This document shows positions 21,905 to 34,187 of a stretch of DNA of 64,000 nt, one piece after another (positions within the stretch are counted from its first letter, which is position 1; the number at the start of each line of letters is the position of its first letter). The notes below the pieces were generated by a model. That model was not told the origin of the DNA. It was given only the letters and a program-made list of their open reading frames with translations, and made no database searches. A program made the translations under genes and the position numbers. The DNA is from Oxalobacteraceae bacterium (GTDB lineage Bacteria; Pseudomonadota; Gammaproteobacteria; Burkholderiales; Burkholderiaceae_D): assembly GCA_027490255.1 (NCBI GenBank), contig JAIXYM010000038.1, forward strand, positions 6,233 through 70,232, given 5' to 3'.

Positions 21905-21936
21905 AAAAAACCCGCTTGCATGCAAGCGGGTTTTTT
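21905..21936. terminator. Bidirectional intrinsic terminator between rne and the NUDIX gene
   Basis: Perfect palindrome AAAAAACCCGCTTGCA/TGCAAGCGGGTTTTTT between convergent genes. Confidence 0.88.
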
Positions 21937-21958
21937 CATGGTGAAGGGAATGAATCCG

Positions 21959-22531
21959 TTACGGGTTAAGCGACGACCCCGGCCAATCTCCGCGTCGCCG
22001 CTTGTCTAACCAAAATGCTGCAATCAAAGTTTTAACGTCCGTAACCTTACCGACCCTGATCCATTCCAGCAGCTCATCAAGGGGAAGTGTAAACACATCC
22101 AGAAACTCGCCTTCATCAAGCTGGCGCTCGCCAGCAGTCAATCCCTCTGCAAGATAGATATCCAGATGCTCATCCGAGTAGGCAATGGCATTGTGTATCG
22201 TGCAGAGAAACTCCCAGTGCTTCGCGGTATAACCGGTCTCTTCGCGCAGCTCTCGCTGAGCGCACAATAAGGGATCTTCACCCGGCTCGAGCTTACCGGC
22301 CGGGAACTCAACGAAGACTTGTGCATTCGGATAACGAAACTGGCGCTCGAGTAAAACATCGCCGTTTTCAAACAGAGGCAGTATCACGACGGCGCCCGGG
22401 TGTCGAAAGTACTCGCGATGCGTTTCACTGTCATCGGGCAGCTTGACCAGATCGCGACGCACTTGCAGAAACGATCCGTCATACACGATCTCGCTACTGA
22501 CGGGCGTTTCTCTCAGGTGTTTGTCATCCAT
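21959..22531 (-). CDS. NUDIX hydrolase (ADP-ribose pyrophosphatase-like)
   Basis: Nudix box PAGKLEPGEDPLLCAQRELREETGY; ATG at 22531 (MDDKHLRE). Confidence 0.92.
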   Translation of the reverse strand: MDDKHLRETPVSSEIVYDGSFLQVRRDLVKLPDDSETHREYFRHPGAVVILPLFENGDVLLERQFRYPNAQVFVEFPAGKLEPGEDPLLCAQRELREETGYTAKHWEFLCTIHNAIAYSDEHLDIYLAEGLTAGERQLDEGEFLDVFTLPLDELLEWIRVGKVTDVKTLIAAFWLDKRRRGDWPGSSLNP

Positions 22532-22572
22532 ACGCAATAGTCCGGCAGGTGCGACGTCTGACAAGCTTCTCG

Positions 22573-22878
22573 TCAGGCAGTTCGGCGACGCAAATAACGA
22601 AAAATAAAACCAGGGAAGGCCAACACCAGGAACAGGCAGACCGTCACCGCATAGAATTGCCAGCCCTGGCTAAAAGCATTGCCAGCATTCGACTCAAGGA
22701 GTCGTGCAATACCCAGCACGACGAAGTACAGCACTATCAGCTCAAGCAGCCTGATAAAAAACGGTTTGTCCGCTTGTTTCAATCGCCATACGCCGAGTAG
22801 CGACTCGGTCAGGAAAGGAAAATTGGCCGCAACCACCATCAGAAAAATGATGATCCAACCGGCTGTAGAGTTATTCAA
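22573..22878 (-). CDS. DUF2818-family small membrane protein
   Basis: AANFPFL...ELIVLYF...QGWQFYAV..CLFLVLAFPGF; lies directly after nuoN. Confidence 0.8.
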   Translation of the reverse strand: MNNSTAGWIIIFLMVVAANFPFLTESLLGVWRLKQADKPFFIRLLELIVLYFVVLGIARLLESNAGNAFSQGWQFYAVTVCLFLVLAFPGFIFRYLRRRTA

Positions 22879-22891
22879 TGGATTGATCCGG

Positions 22892-24379
22892 TTAGCTAGG
22901 AAGCGCCTGTGAAATCGCCTGCAGGCACGCGGTCATGAGTGTCCCTGGCAAAATTCCCAGCAAGACGACCGCAATGCCGTTGATGGACAAGGTGATCTGC
23001 ATGCCACGATCGGCAACTATGGGTGACATGTCTGTCGGCGCATCAAAATACATCAGCTTTACGATACGCAGGTAGTAGTAGGCACCGACCAGCGACAGCA
23101 GCACGGCGACAATCACCAGCCACAAATGCCCCGCAGCGAGAGCGGCTTCCAGCACCGTGAGCTTGGCAAAGAATCCGACCATCGGAGGCACGCCCGCAAG
23201 CGACAGCAGCAGCACCATCATGATGGCAGCGAACCACGGGCTGCGCTGATTCAGACCTTTGAAATCATCCAACGACTCCGCCTCAAACCCGCTGCGAGAG
23301 AGCAACATGATGACGGCAAAGCTGCCCAGCGTTGTGAGCACATAAGTGACCGCATAAAACATGGACGCGCTGTAGGCGTTTGCCGCAGCCGCCGTCGTGC
23401 TGCCCTCAAACACACCCGAGAGCAGACCCAGAAGCATGAATCCCATCTGTGAAATCGTGGAATAAGCGAGCATGCGCTTGATATTGGTCTGCGCGATCGC
23501 CGTGATATTACCCACGGCCATGGATGCGACTGCCATCACGATCAGCATCTGCTGCCAGTCGGCTGCCATTGCACCCAATGCACCCACCAGCAAACGCATG
23601 CAGATAGCGAACGCAGCAAGTTTGGGCGCTGCACCCAACAGCAAGGTGACCGAGGTGGGCGCACCCTGATAGACATCGGGTGCCCACATATGGAAAGGCG
23701 CAGCACCCAGTTTGAATGCCAGACCTGCCATCAGGAAGACAACACCCAACACCAGTACCATTTTGTTGACCGTGCCAGAAGACACCGCTGCCGCTACCTG
23801 CGTTAACTCTAGCGAGCCAGTCGCGCCATACAGCAGCGACATGCCATACAACAGGAAACCCGACGCCATTGCGCCGAGTACAAAGTATTTCATCGCGGCT
23901 TCGGTGGAGATAGGATGATCACGACGCAGCGCGACCAGCGCATAAAGCGAAAGCGACATCAGTTCCAGACCGAGATAAATGATCAGAAAGCTGTTACCAG
24001 AAATCATGATCATCTGACCCAGCAGGGTCATCAGCGCCAGCACATAAAATTCGCCGCTGAGCGTACCACCCAGCATGCCGCGCGCCATCGTGTACTGACG
24101 TGCATAAATCAAGGTGGCGAAAGTCGCAATGCAGGCGAATAGCTTAAGTAGCTTCGCCATGGGATCACTGACAAACATCTGATTGAACGTGTAATTGATG
24201 CCACCCGAACCGAAATCTGACATGGCAACGAACGCGGTGATCACAATTGCCAGCAGCGACAGCCAGTGGCTAAGCGGCTGCTTTTCTTCACGAACAAAGA
24301 GGCCTGCCACCAGAATTACCATGATGGCTATCGCCAGGACTATTTCAGCCATGGCCGGAATCAGGTTCAGTTCATTCAT
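22892..24379 (-). CDS. nuoN: NADH-quinone oxidoreductase subunit N
   Basis: EAAMKYFVLGAMASG, FKLGAAPFHMWAPDVYQGAP, KRMLAYS. Confidence 0.96.
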   Translation of the reverse strand: MNELNLIPAMAEIVLAIAIMVILVAGLFVREEKQPLSHWLSLLAIVITAFVAMSDFGSGGINYTFNQMFVSDPMAKLLKLFACIATFATLIYARQYTMARGMLGGTLSGEFYVLALMTLLGQMIMISGNSFLIIYLGLELMSLSLYALVALRRDHPISTEAAMKYFVLGAMASGFLLYGMSLLYGATGSLELTQVAAAVSSGTVNKMVLVLGVVFLMAGLAFKLGAAPFHMWAPDVYQGAPTSVTLLLGAAPKLAAFAICMRLLVGALGAMAADWQQMLIVMAVASMAVGNITAIAQTNIKRMLAYSTISQMGFMLLGLLSGVFEGSTTAAAANAYSASMFYAVTYVLTTLGSFAVIMLLSRSGFEAESLDDFKGLNQRSPWFAAIMMVLLLSLAGVPPMVGFFAKLTVLEAALAAGHLWLVIVAVLLSLVGAYYYLRIVKLMYFDAPTDMSPIVADRGMQITLSINGIAVVLLGILPGTLMTACLQAISQALPS

Positions 24380-24402
24380 TGTCGGCCGCTCTCGCCTTGA
24401 AA

Positions 24403-25890
24403 TTATTGGGGTATTTTGCTGTTTGCGACATGGTTGAGCAAATCACTCACCGAAGTCTGCATAGCGTCAGTAAAGGGGGCTGGATAGATACCCATCCAGA
24501 TCACGGCAATCGCGAGCACACCCAGCATCAGAAATTCGCGCATGCTCAAGTCTTGTAGTGCGGCGACTTCCTTGTTAGCCACTTCACCAAAAACGACGCG
24601 TTTGACCAGCCACAGCGAATAAGCCGCGCCCAGAATCAGCGCCGTTGCCGCCAGTGCGCCTATCCAGAAATCATATTTGACTGCACCCAGAATCACCATG
24701 AACTCACCAATGAAACCTGATGTTCCAGGCAACCCGGCGTTGGCCAGTGAGAACAGCACGAACAGGGCTGCGAAGCGCGGCATCGTATTGATAACACCGC
24801 CGTAGGAAGCGATTTCACGGGAATGCACACGATCATAAAGAACGCCGATACACAAGAACATGGCACCCGAAACGAAACCGTGCGAAATCATTTGCATCAG
24901 ACCGCCCTGCACGGCCATGTCGCTAAACAGGAAGAAGCCCAGCGTCACGAAACCCATGTGCGCAATCGATGAGTACGCAACGAGTTTTTTCATATCGGCC
25001 TGCACCAGCGCGACCAAACCAATGTAGATCACCGCAACCAGTGACAACGCAATCATCAGACCGGCCAGACTATGGCTGGCGTCCGGCGCAATCGGTAATG
25101 ACAAGCGCAGAAAGCCATAGCCACCCAGCTTGAGCATGATCGCCGCCAGAACCACCGATCCGCCGGTGGGCGCTTCAACGTGCGCATCAGGCAACCACGT
25201 ATGTACTGGCCACATCGGCACCTTGACCGCAAAGGCTGCGAGGAACGCCAAGAAGATCAGTTGCTGCACATCTAGCGCCAGCGGAAGCTGATGCCATGCC
25301 AGTATGTCAAAGCTACCCGATTGAAAATACAAATAAATCAGCGCCACCAGCATCAGCAGCGAACCAAGGAAGGTGTACAGAAAAAACTTGATTGCAGCGT
25401 ACACTCGCCGAGGTCCACCCCAGACACCGATGATGATGAACATTGGTATCAGTGTCGCCTCGAAGAATACGTAGAACAGCACACCATCAAGCGCGCAGAA
25501 CACCCCAATCATCACACCCGACAAGATCAGGAAAGCACCCATGTACTGAGCAACCCGGTTCTCGATAACTTCCCAAGCGGCGATCACGACGATAACGGTA
25601 ATGAACGCTGTCAGCGGTAAAAACCATAATGACAAGCCATCAATACCTAAGTAATAGGACACATGAAAGCGCGCTATCCAATCGGACTTTTCAACCAGCT
25701 GCATCCCATGAGCTGCCGGATCAAAATGGCTCACCACCGGTAGTGTCACCAACAGGCTAACGACGGCACCGATCAGCGACAGTACACGAACCAGATTCGC
25801 CCGATTGTCACTGCCGACGGCAAGTACCAAAGCACCGAAGGCAATGGGCACCCAGATGGCCAGGCTCAGATAAGGGAGTGTTGACTGCAT
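24403..25890 (-). CDS. nuoM: NADH-quinone oxidoreductase subunit M
   Basis: FFEATLIPM, KVPMWPVHTWLPDAHVEAPT, KKLVAYSSIAHMG. Confidence 0.97.
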   Translation of the reverse strand: MQSTLPYLSLAIWVPIAFGALVLAVGSDNRANLVRVLSLIGAVVSLLVTLPVVSHFDPAAHGMQLVEKSDWIARFHVSYYLGIDGLSLWFLPLTAFITVIVVIAAWEVIENRVAQYMGAFLILSGVMIGVFCALDGVLFYVFFEATLIPMFIIIGVWGGPRRVYAAIKFFLYTFLGSLLMLVALIYLYFQSGSFDILAWHQLPLALDVQQLIFLAFLAAFAVKVPMWPVHTWLPDAHVEAPTGGSVVLAAIMLKLGGYGFLRLSLPIAPDASHSLAGLMIALSLVAVIYIGLVALVQADMKKLVAYSSIAHMGFVTLGFFLFSDMAVQGGLMQMISHGFVSGAMFLCIGVLYDRVHSREIASYGGVINTMPRFAALFVLFSLANAGLPGTSGFIGEFMVILGAVKYDFWIGALAATALILGAAYSLWLVKRVVFGEVANKEVAALQDLSMREFLMLGVLAIAVIWMGIYPAPFTDAMQTSVSDLLNHVANSKIPQ

Positions 25891-25927
25891 AGTGTTTTTC
25901 GCGGGCGGCTGATTTTATTCGGATCGG

Positions 25928-27961
25928 TCACGCGCTCATCAGCAGGTAGCCCAGATACAGGGCCACCGCGACGATCATCGTGAATGCGTAGTGATAGATG
26001 TAACCGGTCTGCAAGGTGCGTGTGATCGTGGAGAACCACGCCACCAGCTTCGCACTGCCGTTGACCATCAGGCCATCGATCAGCGTGCGGTCACCCACTG
26101 AGGACAAACCACCGCCGAGTCGGCGAGCACCGCCGGCAAAGACGAACTCGTTGATCTTGTCCATGTAGTACTTGTTATCGAGCAGCTTGTACACCGCGCT
26201 GAAGTTGCGGTAGAACCAGGCGGGTACTGCCGGATTGATCAGGTAGCAGTACCAGGCACTCACCACACCCGCCAGCGCCAGTGCAAACGGCAAGGTCGTC
26301 AATGCATGCAGACCCATCGCCACAGCATCATGGAATTCATGCGACAGCTCGGCCATCGCAGGATGATGGTCAGCAACGAAAATCACGCCCTTGAAGAAAT
26401 CGCCATGCAGCATGGGTGCGATGGTCATGAAGCCAATCACCACCGATGGAATAGCCAACAAGACCAGCGGCAAGGTCACCACCCACGGTGCCTCATGCGG
26501 CTTCTCGCCCGGTGCCAGGCCGTGATGGTCATCGCCATGATGATCATCGCCATGAGCGTCATGATGATCGTGATGCGATTTGCCGAAACGCTCTTCACCA
26601 TGGAACACGAGGAAGTACATGCGGAAGGAATAGAAGGCCGTCACAAACACGCCTGCCAGCACCGCAAAATTCGCAAAGCCGCTGCCTGCGATATGCGTCG
26701 CGTGAACTGCCTCGATGATGCTGTCCTTGGAATAAAACCCTGAGAAGAAAGGCGTTCCGATCAAGGCAAGAGAGCCCAGCAAGCTGGTAATCCAGGTGAT
26801 GGGCATGTATTTGCGGAGCCCGCCCATGTGACGGATGTCCTGATCGTGATGCATGCCGATAATCACAGCACCTGCAGCAAGGAAGAGCAGCGCCTTGAAG
26901 AACGCATGCGTCATTAGGTGAAACACGGCCACAGAATAAGCAGACGCACCCAGCGCCACAGTCATGTAGCCCAACTGTGACAGCGTTGAGTAGGCAACGA
27001 CACGCTTGATATCGTTTTGGATGATGCCGAGGAAGCCCATGAACAAGGCCGTGATCGAACCAATAACGAGCACAAAGGACAAGGCGGTGTCAGACAATTC
27101 AAACAGTGGCGACATGCGCGCCACCATGAAAATACCGGCGGTCACCATGGTCGCTGCGTGAATCAGCGCGGAGATCGGGGTTGGACCCTCCATCGAGTCG
27201 GGCAACCATACGTGCAAGGGAAACTGCGCCGACTTACCCATCGCACCAATGAACAAGCAAATGCATGCCACGGTGATCAACATCCAGTCGGTACCGGGCA
27301 AAGTCAACGTAGCGAGAGACTCGCGTTTAGCAAATACTTCTGCGTAATTCATTGAACCGGCATAGGCCAACAAAAGACCAATGCCAAGTATGAAACCGAA
27401 ATCACCCACCCGGTTGACGAGGAAGGCTTTCATATTGGCGAATATCGCGGTAGGTCGTTTGAACCAAAAACCGATCAGCAGGTAAGACACCAGACCTACA
27501 GCCTCCCAGCCAAAGAACAGCTGCAGGAAGTTATTGCTCATCACCAGCATGAGCATCGCAAAGGTAAACAGTGAGATGTAGGCAAAAAACCGGTTGTAGC
27601 CTTCATCGTCCTTCATATAGCCAATGGTGTAGATGTGTACCATCAGCGAAACGAAGGTCACCACACACATCATCATCGCGGTGAGGCTGTCAATCAGAAA
27701 ACCGATTTCTAGTTTGATGCTACCGACCGTCATCCAAGTGTACAAAGTGCCGCTGTAGGTCGCGCCATCAATGACTTGCTGCAACGTCTGGGCAGAGATC
27801 AGGAATGCGATCAGCACACCCAGAATCGTTACCGTGTGCGACGCCGTGCGGCCAATCAGATTGCCAAAGAAGCGCGTGCCAAAAAGGCCTGCGATCAGGG
27901 AGCCCGCCAGAGGCGCCAGCGGGACACACAGCAGCAGGTTTGGGTTAAGTTGCCCAGCCAT
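25928..27961 (-). CDS. nuoL: NADH-quinone oxidoreductase subunit L
   Basis: GKSAQFPLHVWLPDSMEGPTPISALIHAATMV; His-rich loop. Confidence 0.97.
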   Translation of the reverse strand: MAGQLNPNLLLCVPLAPLAGSLIAGLFGTRFFGNLIGRTASHTVTILGVLIAFLISAQTLQQVIDGATYSGTLYTWMTVGSIKLEIGFLIDSLTAMMMCVVTFVSLMVHIYTIGYMKDDEGYNRFFAYISLFTFAMLMLVMSNNFLQLFFGWEAVGLVSYLLIGFWFKRPTAIFANMKAFLVNRVGDFGFILGIGLLLAYAGSMNYAEVFAKRESLATLTLPGTDWMLITVACICLFIGAMGKSAQFPLHVWLPDSMEGPTPISALIHAATMVTAGIFMVARMSPLFELSDTALSFVLVIGSITALFMGFLGIIQNDIKRVVAYSTLSQLGYMTVALGASAYSVAVFHLMTHAFFKALLFLAAGAVIIGMHHDQDIRHMGGLRKYMPITWITSLLGSLALIGTPFFSGFYSKDSIIEAVHATHIAGSGFANFAVLAGVFVTAFYSFRMYFLVFHGEERFGKSHHDHHDAHGDDHHGDDHHGLAPGEKPHEAPWVVTLPLVLLAIPSVVIGFMTIAPMLHGDFFKGVIFVADHHPAMAELSHEFHDAVAMGLHALTTLPFALALAGVVSAWYCYLINPAVPAWFYRNFSAVYKLLDNKYYMDKINEFVFAGGARRLGGGLSSVGDRTLIDGLMVNGSAKLVAWFSTITRTLQTGYIYHYAFTMIVAVALYLGYLLMSA

Positions 27962-27984
27962 AAAAACCTTGTCCTTGTTTTGCT

Positions 27985-28293
27985 TTAGCCCTTGAGACGA
28001 TCAAGCTCTTCCACGTTGATCGTATCGAGGTTACGGAACAGCACGACGAGAATCGCCAGGCCGATCGCCGACTCTGCGGCGGCGACTGTCAAAATAAAAA
28101 ACACAAATATCTGGCCCGCTGCATCGCCGAGATAATGCGAGAAAGCGACGAAGTTCATATTCACCGCCAGCAGCATGAGTTCAATCGCCATCAAAATGAC
28201 AATGAGGTTTTTGCGGTTCATGAAGATACCGACTACCGCAATCGCGAAGAGAATCGCGCCGAGCGTTAGGAAATGGGCGAGGGTGAGTGTCAC
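27985..28293 (-). CDS. nuoK: NADH-quinone oxidoreductase subunit K
   Basis: [32 protein letters not shown]. Confidence 0.97.
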   Translation of the reverse strand: MTLTLAHFLTLGAILFAIAVVGIFMNRKNLIVILMAIELMLLAVNMNFVAFSHYLGDAAGQIFVFFILTVAAAESAIGLAILVVLFRNLDTINVEELDRLKG

Positions 28294-28305
28294 GTTCTGT
28301 GCCTC

Positions 28306-28929
28306 TTATGATTTGTCGGCGGCTTGATCAGCCGATTCGCGCGCCTCAGCAGGCATGCTGATGATGCGTATACGATCAGCGCTTTTCACTTTGACGGCAT
28401 CGCCTGGATTGAAGTATTTCGTATCCTTGCGCCGACGCATCGTCAGCGCTACCGCTGCAACCATCGCCGCCAGCAAAATGATGGCTGCGATTTCAAAAGC
28501 GTACAGATATTGCGTATAAATCAGTTTGCCCAGCTCGCGTGTATCCCCGATATTGATTGCGGCCTCGGGATGTGCGCCCTGGGCGATAAACCCGCGCACC
28601 AATACAGTGACCATTTCCGCTGCAATGATGGCGCCTACCGTTAATGCCAGTGGCAAGTGACTCCAGAATCCTGCGCGCAGCTTGGCCATGTCAATATCAA
28701 GCATCATCACAACAAACAGGAACAGCACCATCACCGCCCCGACATAGACCAGTACCAATACGATCGCGAGAAACTCGGCTTTGAGCAGCATCCAGATCGC
28801 AGCGGCCGAAAAGAAGGAAAGAATCAGAAACAACGCAGCATGTACCGGATTGCTGGCCGTTATCACCCGCAGCGCTGCAAAGATCAGCACCGCAGAGAAA
28901 ACGTAAAAGAGTACGGTCGTAAATTCCAT
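28306..28929 (-). CDS. nuoJ: NADH-quinone oxidoreductase subunit J
   Basis: NPVHAALFL, AEFLAIVLVLVYVGAVMVLFLFVVMML. Confidence 0.97.
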   Translation of the reverse strand: MEFTTVLFYVFSAVLIFAALRVITASNPVHAALFLILSFFSAAAIWMLLKAEFLAIVLVLVYVGAVMVLFLFVVMMLDIDMAKLRAGFWSHLPLALTVGAIIAAEMVTVLVRGFIAQGAHPEAAINIGDTRELGKLIYTQYLYAFEIAAIILLAAMVAAVALTMRRRKDTKYFNPGDAVKVKSADRIRIISMPAEARESADQAADKS

Positions 28930-28937
28930 GGATGATC

Positions 28938-29426
28938 TCAGCGATAGCGGGCATCAGCGGCCCGGTTGGCCGCAATCTCGGCTTCATATTTGTCGCCAAT
29001 GGCCAGCAACATGTCTTTGGTGTAGTACAGGTCACCCCGCTTCTCACCGTGGTATTCGAGGATGTGCGTCTCGACAATCGAGTCGACCGGACAGGATTCT
29101 TCACAGAATCCGCAGAAAATGCATTTGGTCAGATCGATGTCGTAGCGCGTGGTGCGGCGCGAACCATCATCGCGCTGCTCGGATTCAATACTGATAGCCA
29201 TGGCTGGGCAAACCGCTTCGCACAGTTTGCAGGCAATGCAGCGCTCTTCACCATTGGGATAGCGACGCAAGGCGTGCAATCCACGAAAACGCGGTGATTG
29301 CGGCGTTTTTTCTTCGGGGAATTGCACCGTGATCTTGCGCGCGAACATGTAGCGGCCTGTCAGCGCCAGCCCCTTAAAGAGCTCCCGCAGCATCAGGCTT
29401 CCAAAGAAATCCTTGATCGCTTCCAT
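28938..29426 (-). CDS. nuoI: NADH-quinone oxidoreductase subunit I
   Basis: Two 4Fe-4S motifs, [12 protein letters not shown] and [12 protein letters not shown]. Confidence 0.98.
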   Translation of the reverse strand: MEAIKDFFGSLMLRELFKGLALTGRYMFARKITVQFPEEKTPQSPRFRGLHALRRYPNGEERCIACKLCEAVCPAMAISIESEQRDDGSRRTTRYDIDLTKCIFCGFCEESCPVDSIVETHILEYHGEKRGDLYYTKDMLLAIGDKYEAEIAANRAADARYR

Positions 29427-29482
29427 GATTATTCAGCCTTTATATTCGATTGCCTGAATCTCATTCAACTCGAATGAAAATC

Positions 29483-30550
29483 TCACTTCCAGATATTCCA
29501 TGGGGTCTGCATCCAGATCGCCACGATGACAAGGTAAATGACCGTCAGCGGTATGAAAACCTTCCAGCCCAAACGCATGATCTGATCATAGCGATAGCGC
29601 GGGAAAGAAGCGCGTACCCAAATGAAGATCGAAACGACCAGGAAAGTCTTGATACCCAGCCAAATCCAGCCAGGGATGAAACTTAAAATCTCCAGCGGCG
29701 CGCTCCAACCACCCAGGAACATCAACGTCGCCAGCATGGAGACCAGAATCATGTTCGCGTATTCGGCGAGGAAGAACATCGCAAACGACATACCGGAATA
29801 CTCAACCATGTGCCCAGCAACGATTTCCGATTCGCCCTCAACCACATCAAAAGGATGACGCGAGGTCTCAGCAATGCCCGAGATGATGTAAACACCAAAC
29901 ATGGGCAAGAGCGGCAGCCAGTTCCATGACAGGAAATTCAGGCCCATGTCGGCGAATACACCGCGCGTCTGCCCGGCCACGATTTCCGACAGGTTCAGAC
30001 TGCCCGATACCATCAGCACAATCACGAACACAAATCCCATCGCAATTTCGTAGGACACCATCTGGGCCGATGCGCGCATCGCACCCAGGAATGCGTACTT
30101 CGAATTCGACGCCCAACCAGCGACGATGACGCCATACACCTCCAAGGAGGTGATCGCCATCACGAACAAGAGGCCGGCATTGACATTCGCCAGAACGACT
30201 TCAGGTCCAAATGGAATAACAGACCAAGCGGCCAGCGCCGGCATGATGGTCATCACGGGCGCGAGCACGAACAAAGCTTTGTTTGCCTTTGCCGGAACGA
30301 TGATTTCCTTGAGCAGCAGCTTGAGTGCATCAGCGATGGGCTGCAGCAGGCCGGCAGGACCGACGCGATTCGGGCCCAGACGAACATGCATCCAGCCAAT
30401 CATCTTGCGCTCCCACAGCGTGAGATAGGCAACACAGCCCATCAACGGCAGCACGACCGCGACGATCTTGATCAAGGTCCACGCCACAGGCCAGACCGGA
30501 CCAAGGAGCCCTGCCCCCGTCGTGGTCAATGTTGAGAGAAGCGCATCCAT
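29483..30550 (-). CDS. nuoH: NADH-quinone oxidoreductase subunit H
   Basis: [43 protein letters not shown]. Confidence 0.97.
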   Translation of the reverse strand: MDALLSTLTTTGAGLLGPVWPVAWTLIKIVAVVLPLMGCVAYLTLWERKMIGWMHVRLGPNRVGPAGLLQPIADALKLLLKEIIVPAKANKALFVLAPVMTIMPALAAWSVIPFGPEVVLANVNAGLLFVMAITSLEVYGVIVAGWASNSKYAFLGAMRASAQMVSYEIAMGFVFVIVLMVSGSLNLSEIVAGQTRGVFADMGLNFLSWNWLPLLPMFGVYIISGIAETSRHPFDVVEGESEIVAGHMVEYSGMSFAMFFLAEYANMILVSMLATLMFLGGWSAPLEILSFIPGWIWLGIKTFLVVSIFIWVRASFPRYRYDQIMRLGWKVFIPLTVIYLVIVAIWMQTPWNIWK

Positions 30551-32880
30551 CAGGCTTTCTCCACCGAGATGGTGCCGAACATGGGACCGAGACCTGCTGT
30601 GGACGCGTGTGCAGAGGCGACGCGAACAACATTGTCTGGCAGCCCGCGATCAACCGCGCACTCGATCACAATGGTGGTCGTTCCCTGACTGACGCGTACT
30701 TTGTCGCCTGGAGTCACGCCAAGTTTTTCAGCCAGCGCAGCCGAAAGCACGGCGCGCGGCACATGCGCATCCGTGGTCTGCTGCAGTGATTCCGAACGAC
30801 GAACGATCGCATCGCTGAAATAAAGAGGCACATCGGCCAGACGCTCGATACCCTGCGATCGCTGCACTGGCTTGAGTGCGATGTCAGCATGATTGTTCAG
30901 GCGCCCAGTGATATCCAGACCATCCAGGCTGCTTGAACCCAAAATTTCATTGCGTATATCTTCGGAACTCTCGTAAGCAAAACCTTCAAGCGACAACAGA
31001 TTGCCCAACACGCGCAACACCTTCCACGCAGGACGCGTTTCACCCAAAGGCTTTACGCTACCGTTGAAGCTTTGCGCACGTCCCTCGGCACTGACGAAAG
31101 TACCCGAGGTTTCGGTGAACGGCGAGACAGGCAAGAGCACATCCGCAAATGCCATCGCGTGTTTGAAAGGCGACATCACCACAACCATCTCGGCCTGATT
31201 GACCGCGGCGTGCGCGGTGCGCGGATCAGCGCAATCCAGTTCGGGTTCGGTATGCAGCAGCAGATAAGCCTTGCGCGCTTTAGCGACCAGACTTTGAACA
31301 TTGTCGGTACCTGATGGGCGTGCATTCGCTAGATACGCACCGACGGTGTTGGCAGCTTCTGTCAGATAACCAAAATTAGCATCCGTGTTCGCAGCGATCC
31401 ATTGGGCCAGCGCGTGCAACTGGCTTGCCTGCGGATGTTGGGCGGCGGCGTTCCCGAGGAAAATGGCGCGCGGCTCACCGGAGAGCAGGCTGGCTGCGAT
31501 CTGCTTTGCCGTTGGCGATGGCTGCAGGTTGGCCAGCTCGGCTGGGGCGGTGATATTTTTGCTCTGCGCGATGGCAACAGCCACCTCGCCTAGTTGCGCA
31601 ACCCAGTCGCCGGGCGCAGCAATCAACTTGTTTGCGACTGGCATCAGCAAATCGTCATCGGCAGCATGCAGGATAGAGAGACTCGCACCCCGACGGACGG
31701 CGCTGCGCAATTTTGCCGACAGCAGCGGATGATCCTTGCGCAGGAAAGAGCCGATCACGAATACCCGCTTGAGCTCGCTGAACGCCTCAACCGACATACC
31801 CAGCCACGGCGTGAATTTCGGATCTGCGATGGTGTCGGTCTGACGTAAACGGAAATCGATGTTGTCTGATCCCAGCCCGCGCACCAGTTTCTGCAATAGC
31901 GACAACTCTTCCAGTGTCGAATACGGCGTCGCGAGTGCCGCTATGGCATCAGCACCATGCTCATGACGGATATTACGCAAGCCATGAGACACATACTCCA
32001 GCGCGGTCTGCCAATCGGTAGTCTGCCACTGACCATTCTGCTTGATCATGGGCGCAGTCAGACGCTCTTCGCTATTTAGTCCTTCATAAGAAAAACGATC
32101 GCGGTCAGACAGCCAACATTCATTGATCGCTTCATTTTCCAGCGGCAGTACGCGCATGACTTTCGCGCCTTTGACTTGCACGATGAGATTCGAACCGAGG
32201 CTGTCATGTGGACTGACGGATTTGCGGCGTGACAGCTCCCAGGTACGGGCGCTGTAACGGAAAGGTTTGGAAGTCAGTGCGCCGACCGGGCACAAATCGA
32301 TCATGTTGCCGGACAATTCGGAATCGACCGTCTTGCCAACAAACGAGGTGATTTCCGAGTGCTCGCCACGACCCAGCATGCCGAACTCCATCACACCTGC
32401 AATCTCCTGACCAAAACGAACACAGCGCGTGCAGTGAATGCAGCGGCTCATTTCCTTCATCGAGATCAGTGGGCCAACATCCTTGGCGTGCACAACACGT
32501 TTTTCTTCTTGATAGCGCGAAGCGGAGGGGCCATAACCGACTGCCAAATCCTGCAATTGGCATTCGCCGCCTTGATCGCAGATCGGACAATCCAGCGGAT
32601 GATTCAGCAGCAAAAACTGCATCACATCTTTTTGCGCGCGCACGGCCTTGTCGCTGTGGGTACGCACGATCATGCCCGGCGTGACTGGCGTTGCGCAGGC
32701 GGGCAGTGGCTTGGGTGCTTTTTCGACTTCGACCAAACACATGCGACAGTTCGCCGCAATCGACAGTTTCTTGTGATAGCAAAAGTGCGGGATATAGGTA
32801 CCCAGCTGGTTGGCAGCATCCATGACCATGCTGCCTTCCTTCACTTCGACTTTTTTGCCGTCTATTTCAATCTCAACCAT
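30550..32880 (-). CDS. nuoG: NADH-quinone oxidoreductase subunit G
   Basis: [40 protein letters not shown]; start MVEIEIDGK at 32880. Confidence 0.97.
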   Translation of the reverse strand: MVEIEIDGKKVEVKEGSMVMDAANQLGTYIPHFCYHKKLSIAANCRMCLVEVEKAPKPLPACATPVTPGMIVRTHSDKAVRAQKDVMQFLLLNHPLDCPICDQGGECQLQDLAVGYGPSASRYQEEKRVVHAKDVGPLISMKEMSRCIHCTRCVRFGQEIAGVMEFGMLGRGEHSEITSFVGKTVDSELSGNMIDLCPVGALTSKPFRYSARTWELSRRKSVSPHDSLGSNLIVQVKGAKVMRVLPLENEAINECWLSDRDRFSYEGLNSEERLTAPMIKQNGQWQTTDWQTALEYVSHGLRNIRHEHGADAIAALATPYSTLEELSLLQKLVRGLGSDNIDFRLRQTDTIADPKFTPWLGMSVEAFSELKRVFVIGSFLRKDHPLLSAKLRSAVRRGASLSILHAADDDLLMPVANKLIAAPGDWVAQLGEVAVAIAQSKNITAPAELANLQPSPTAKQIAASLLSGEPRAIFLGNAAAQHPQASQLHALAQWIAANTDANFGYLTEAANTVGAYLANARPSGTDNVQSLVAKARKAYLLLHTEPELDCADPRTAHAAVNQAEMVVVMSPFKHAMAFADVLLPVSPFTETSGTFVSAEGRAQSFNGSVKPLGETRPAWKVLRVLGNLLSLEGFAYESSEDIRNEILGSSSLDGLDITGRLNNHADIALKPVQRSQGIERLADVPLYFSDAIVRRSESLQQTTDAHVPRAVLSAALAEKLGVTPGDKVRVSQGTTTIVIECAVDRGLPDNVVRVASAHASTAGLGPMFGTISVEKA

Positions 32881-32891
32881 GGCGAGTCCGG

Positions 32892-34187
32892 TCAGAGGTA
32901 CGTGGGCACAAGACAACGCTTGTGCTCGATGTGATACGCAAATTCATCAGTAAAATTCTTGACCATCGCGCGAACAGGCATCGCCGCAGCGTCGCCCAGT
33001 GCGCAAATGGTGCGGCCCTGAATACCATCGGCGACCGTATTGAGCATGTCGAGATCATCTGCCCTGCCCTGTCCATGTTCAATACGGTGCACCATGCGAT
33101 AGAGCCAACCTGTGCCTTCGCGGCAAGGCGTGCACTGGCCGCAGGATTCTTCGTAATAGAAATACGACAGGCGCAGCAGCGATTTCACCATGCAACGCGT
33201 CTCGTTCATCACGATCACAGCACCGGAACCCAACATAGATCCGGCTTTCGCAATCGAGTCATAGTCCATGTCCGTTTGCATCATCACATCACCGGTCAGA
33301 ACCGGCATCGATGATCCACCGGGAATAACGGCTTTGATCTTCGTGCCATCACGCATGCCACCGGCCAACTCAAGCAGCGTCGCGAATGGTGTGCCGAGCG
33401 GGACTTCATAGTTGCCGGGACGTGCAACGTCACCCGAGACAGAAAAAATCTTGGTGCCGCCGTTATTGGGCTTGCCAGCCGCCAGATACGCTTCACCACC
33501 GAGGTTCATCACGAACGGTACTGCCGCAAAGGTCTCGGTATTGTTGATCGTGGTCGGCTTGCCATATAAACCAAAGCTCGCGGGGAAAGGTGGCTTGAAA
33601 CGTGGCTGACCTTTTTTGCCTTCGATCGATTCCAGCAAAGCCGTCTCTTCGCCGCAGATGTAAGCACCGTAACCATGGAAAGCATGCAACTGAAAACTAA
33701 AATCGGTTCCAAGAATACGGTCGCCCAGGAAGCCTGCTGAGCGTGCCTCATCCAGCGCTGCTTCAAAGCGATCGTAGACATCCCAGATTTCGCCGTGAAT
33801 ATAGTTGTAGCCGACAGAAATGCCCATCGCATACGCACCGATGGCCATGCCTTCGATGACGGAATGCGGGTTGTAACGAAGGATGTCGCGGTCCTTGAAT
33901 GTTCCTGGCTCGCCCTCATCGGAATTACAAACCAGATATTTCTGCCCGGGGAACTGACGCGGCATGAAGCTCCACTTCAGCCCTGTCGGGAAACCTGCGC
34001 CACCACGACCGCGCAGCGAAGATGCCTTCAATTCGGCAATGACCTGCTCGGGGGTGATGTTCTCAGTCAGGATCCGGCGCAGCGCAGAATAACCACCGCG
34101 CTTCACATAATCAGCGAGATGCCAGTTACTGCCGTCGAGGCCGGCGAGTATCAGTGGCTTGATATGACGGTCGTGAAGGCTGCTCAT
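32892..34187 (-). CDS. nuoF: NADH-quinone oxidoreductase subunit F
   Basis: [42 protein letters not shown]. Confidence 0.98.
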   Translation of the reverse strand: MSSLHDRHIKPLILAGLDGSNWHLADYVKRGGYSALRRILTENITPEQVIAELKASSLRGRGGAGFPTGLKWSFMPRQFPGQKYLVCNSDEGEPGTFKDRDILRYNPHSVIEGMAIGAYAMGISVGYNYIHGEIWDVYDRFEAALDEARSAGFLGDRILGTDFSFQLHAFHGYGAYICGEETALLESIEGKKGQPRFKPPFPASFGLYGKPTTINNTETFAAVPFVMNLGGEAYLAAGKPNNGGTKIFSVSGDVARPGNYEVPLGTPFATLLELAGGMRDGTKIKAVIPGGSSMPVLTGDVMMQTDMDYDSIAKAGSMLGSGAVIVMNETRCMVKSLLRLSYFYYEESCGQCTPCREGTGWLYRMVHRIEHGQGRADDLDMLNTVADGIQGRTICALGDAAAMPVRAMVKNFTDEFAYHIEHKRCLVPTYL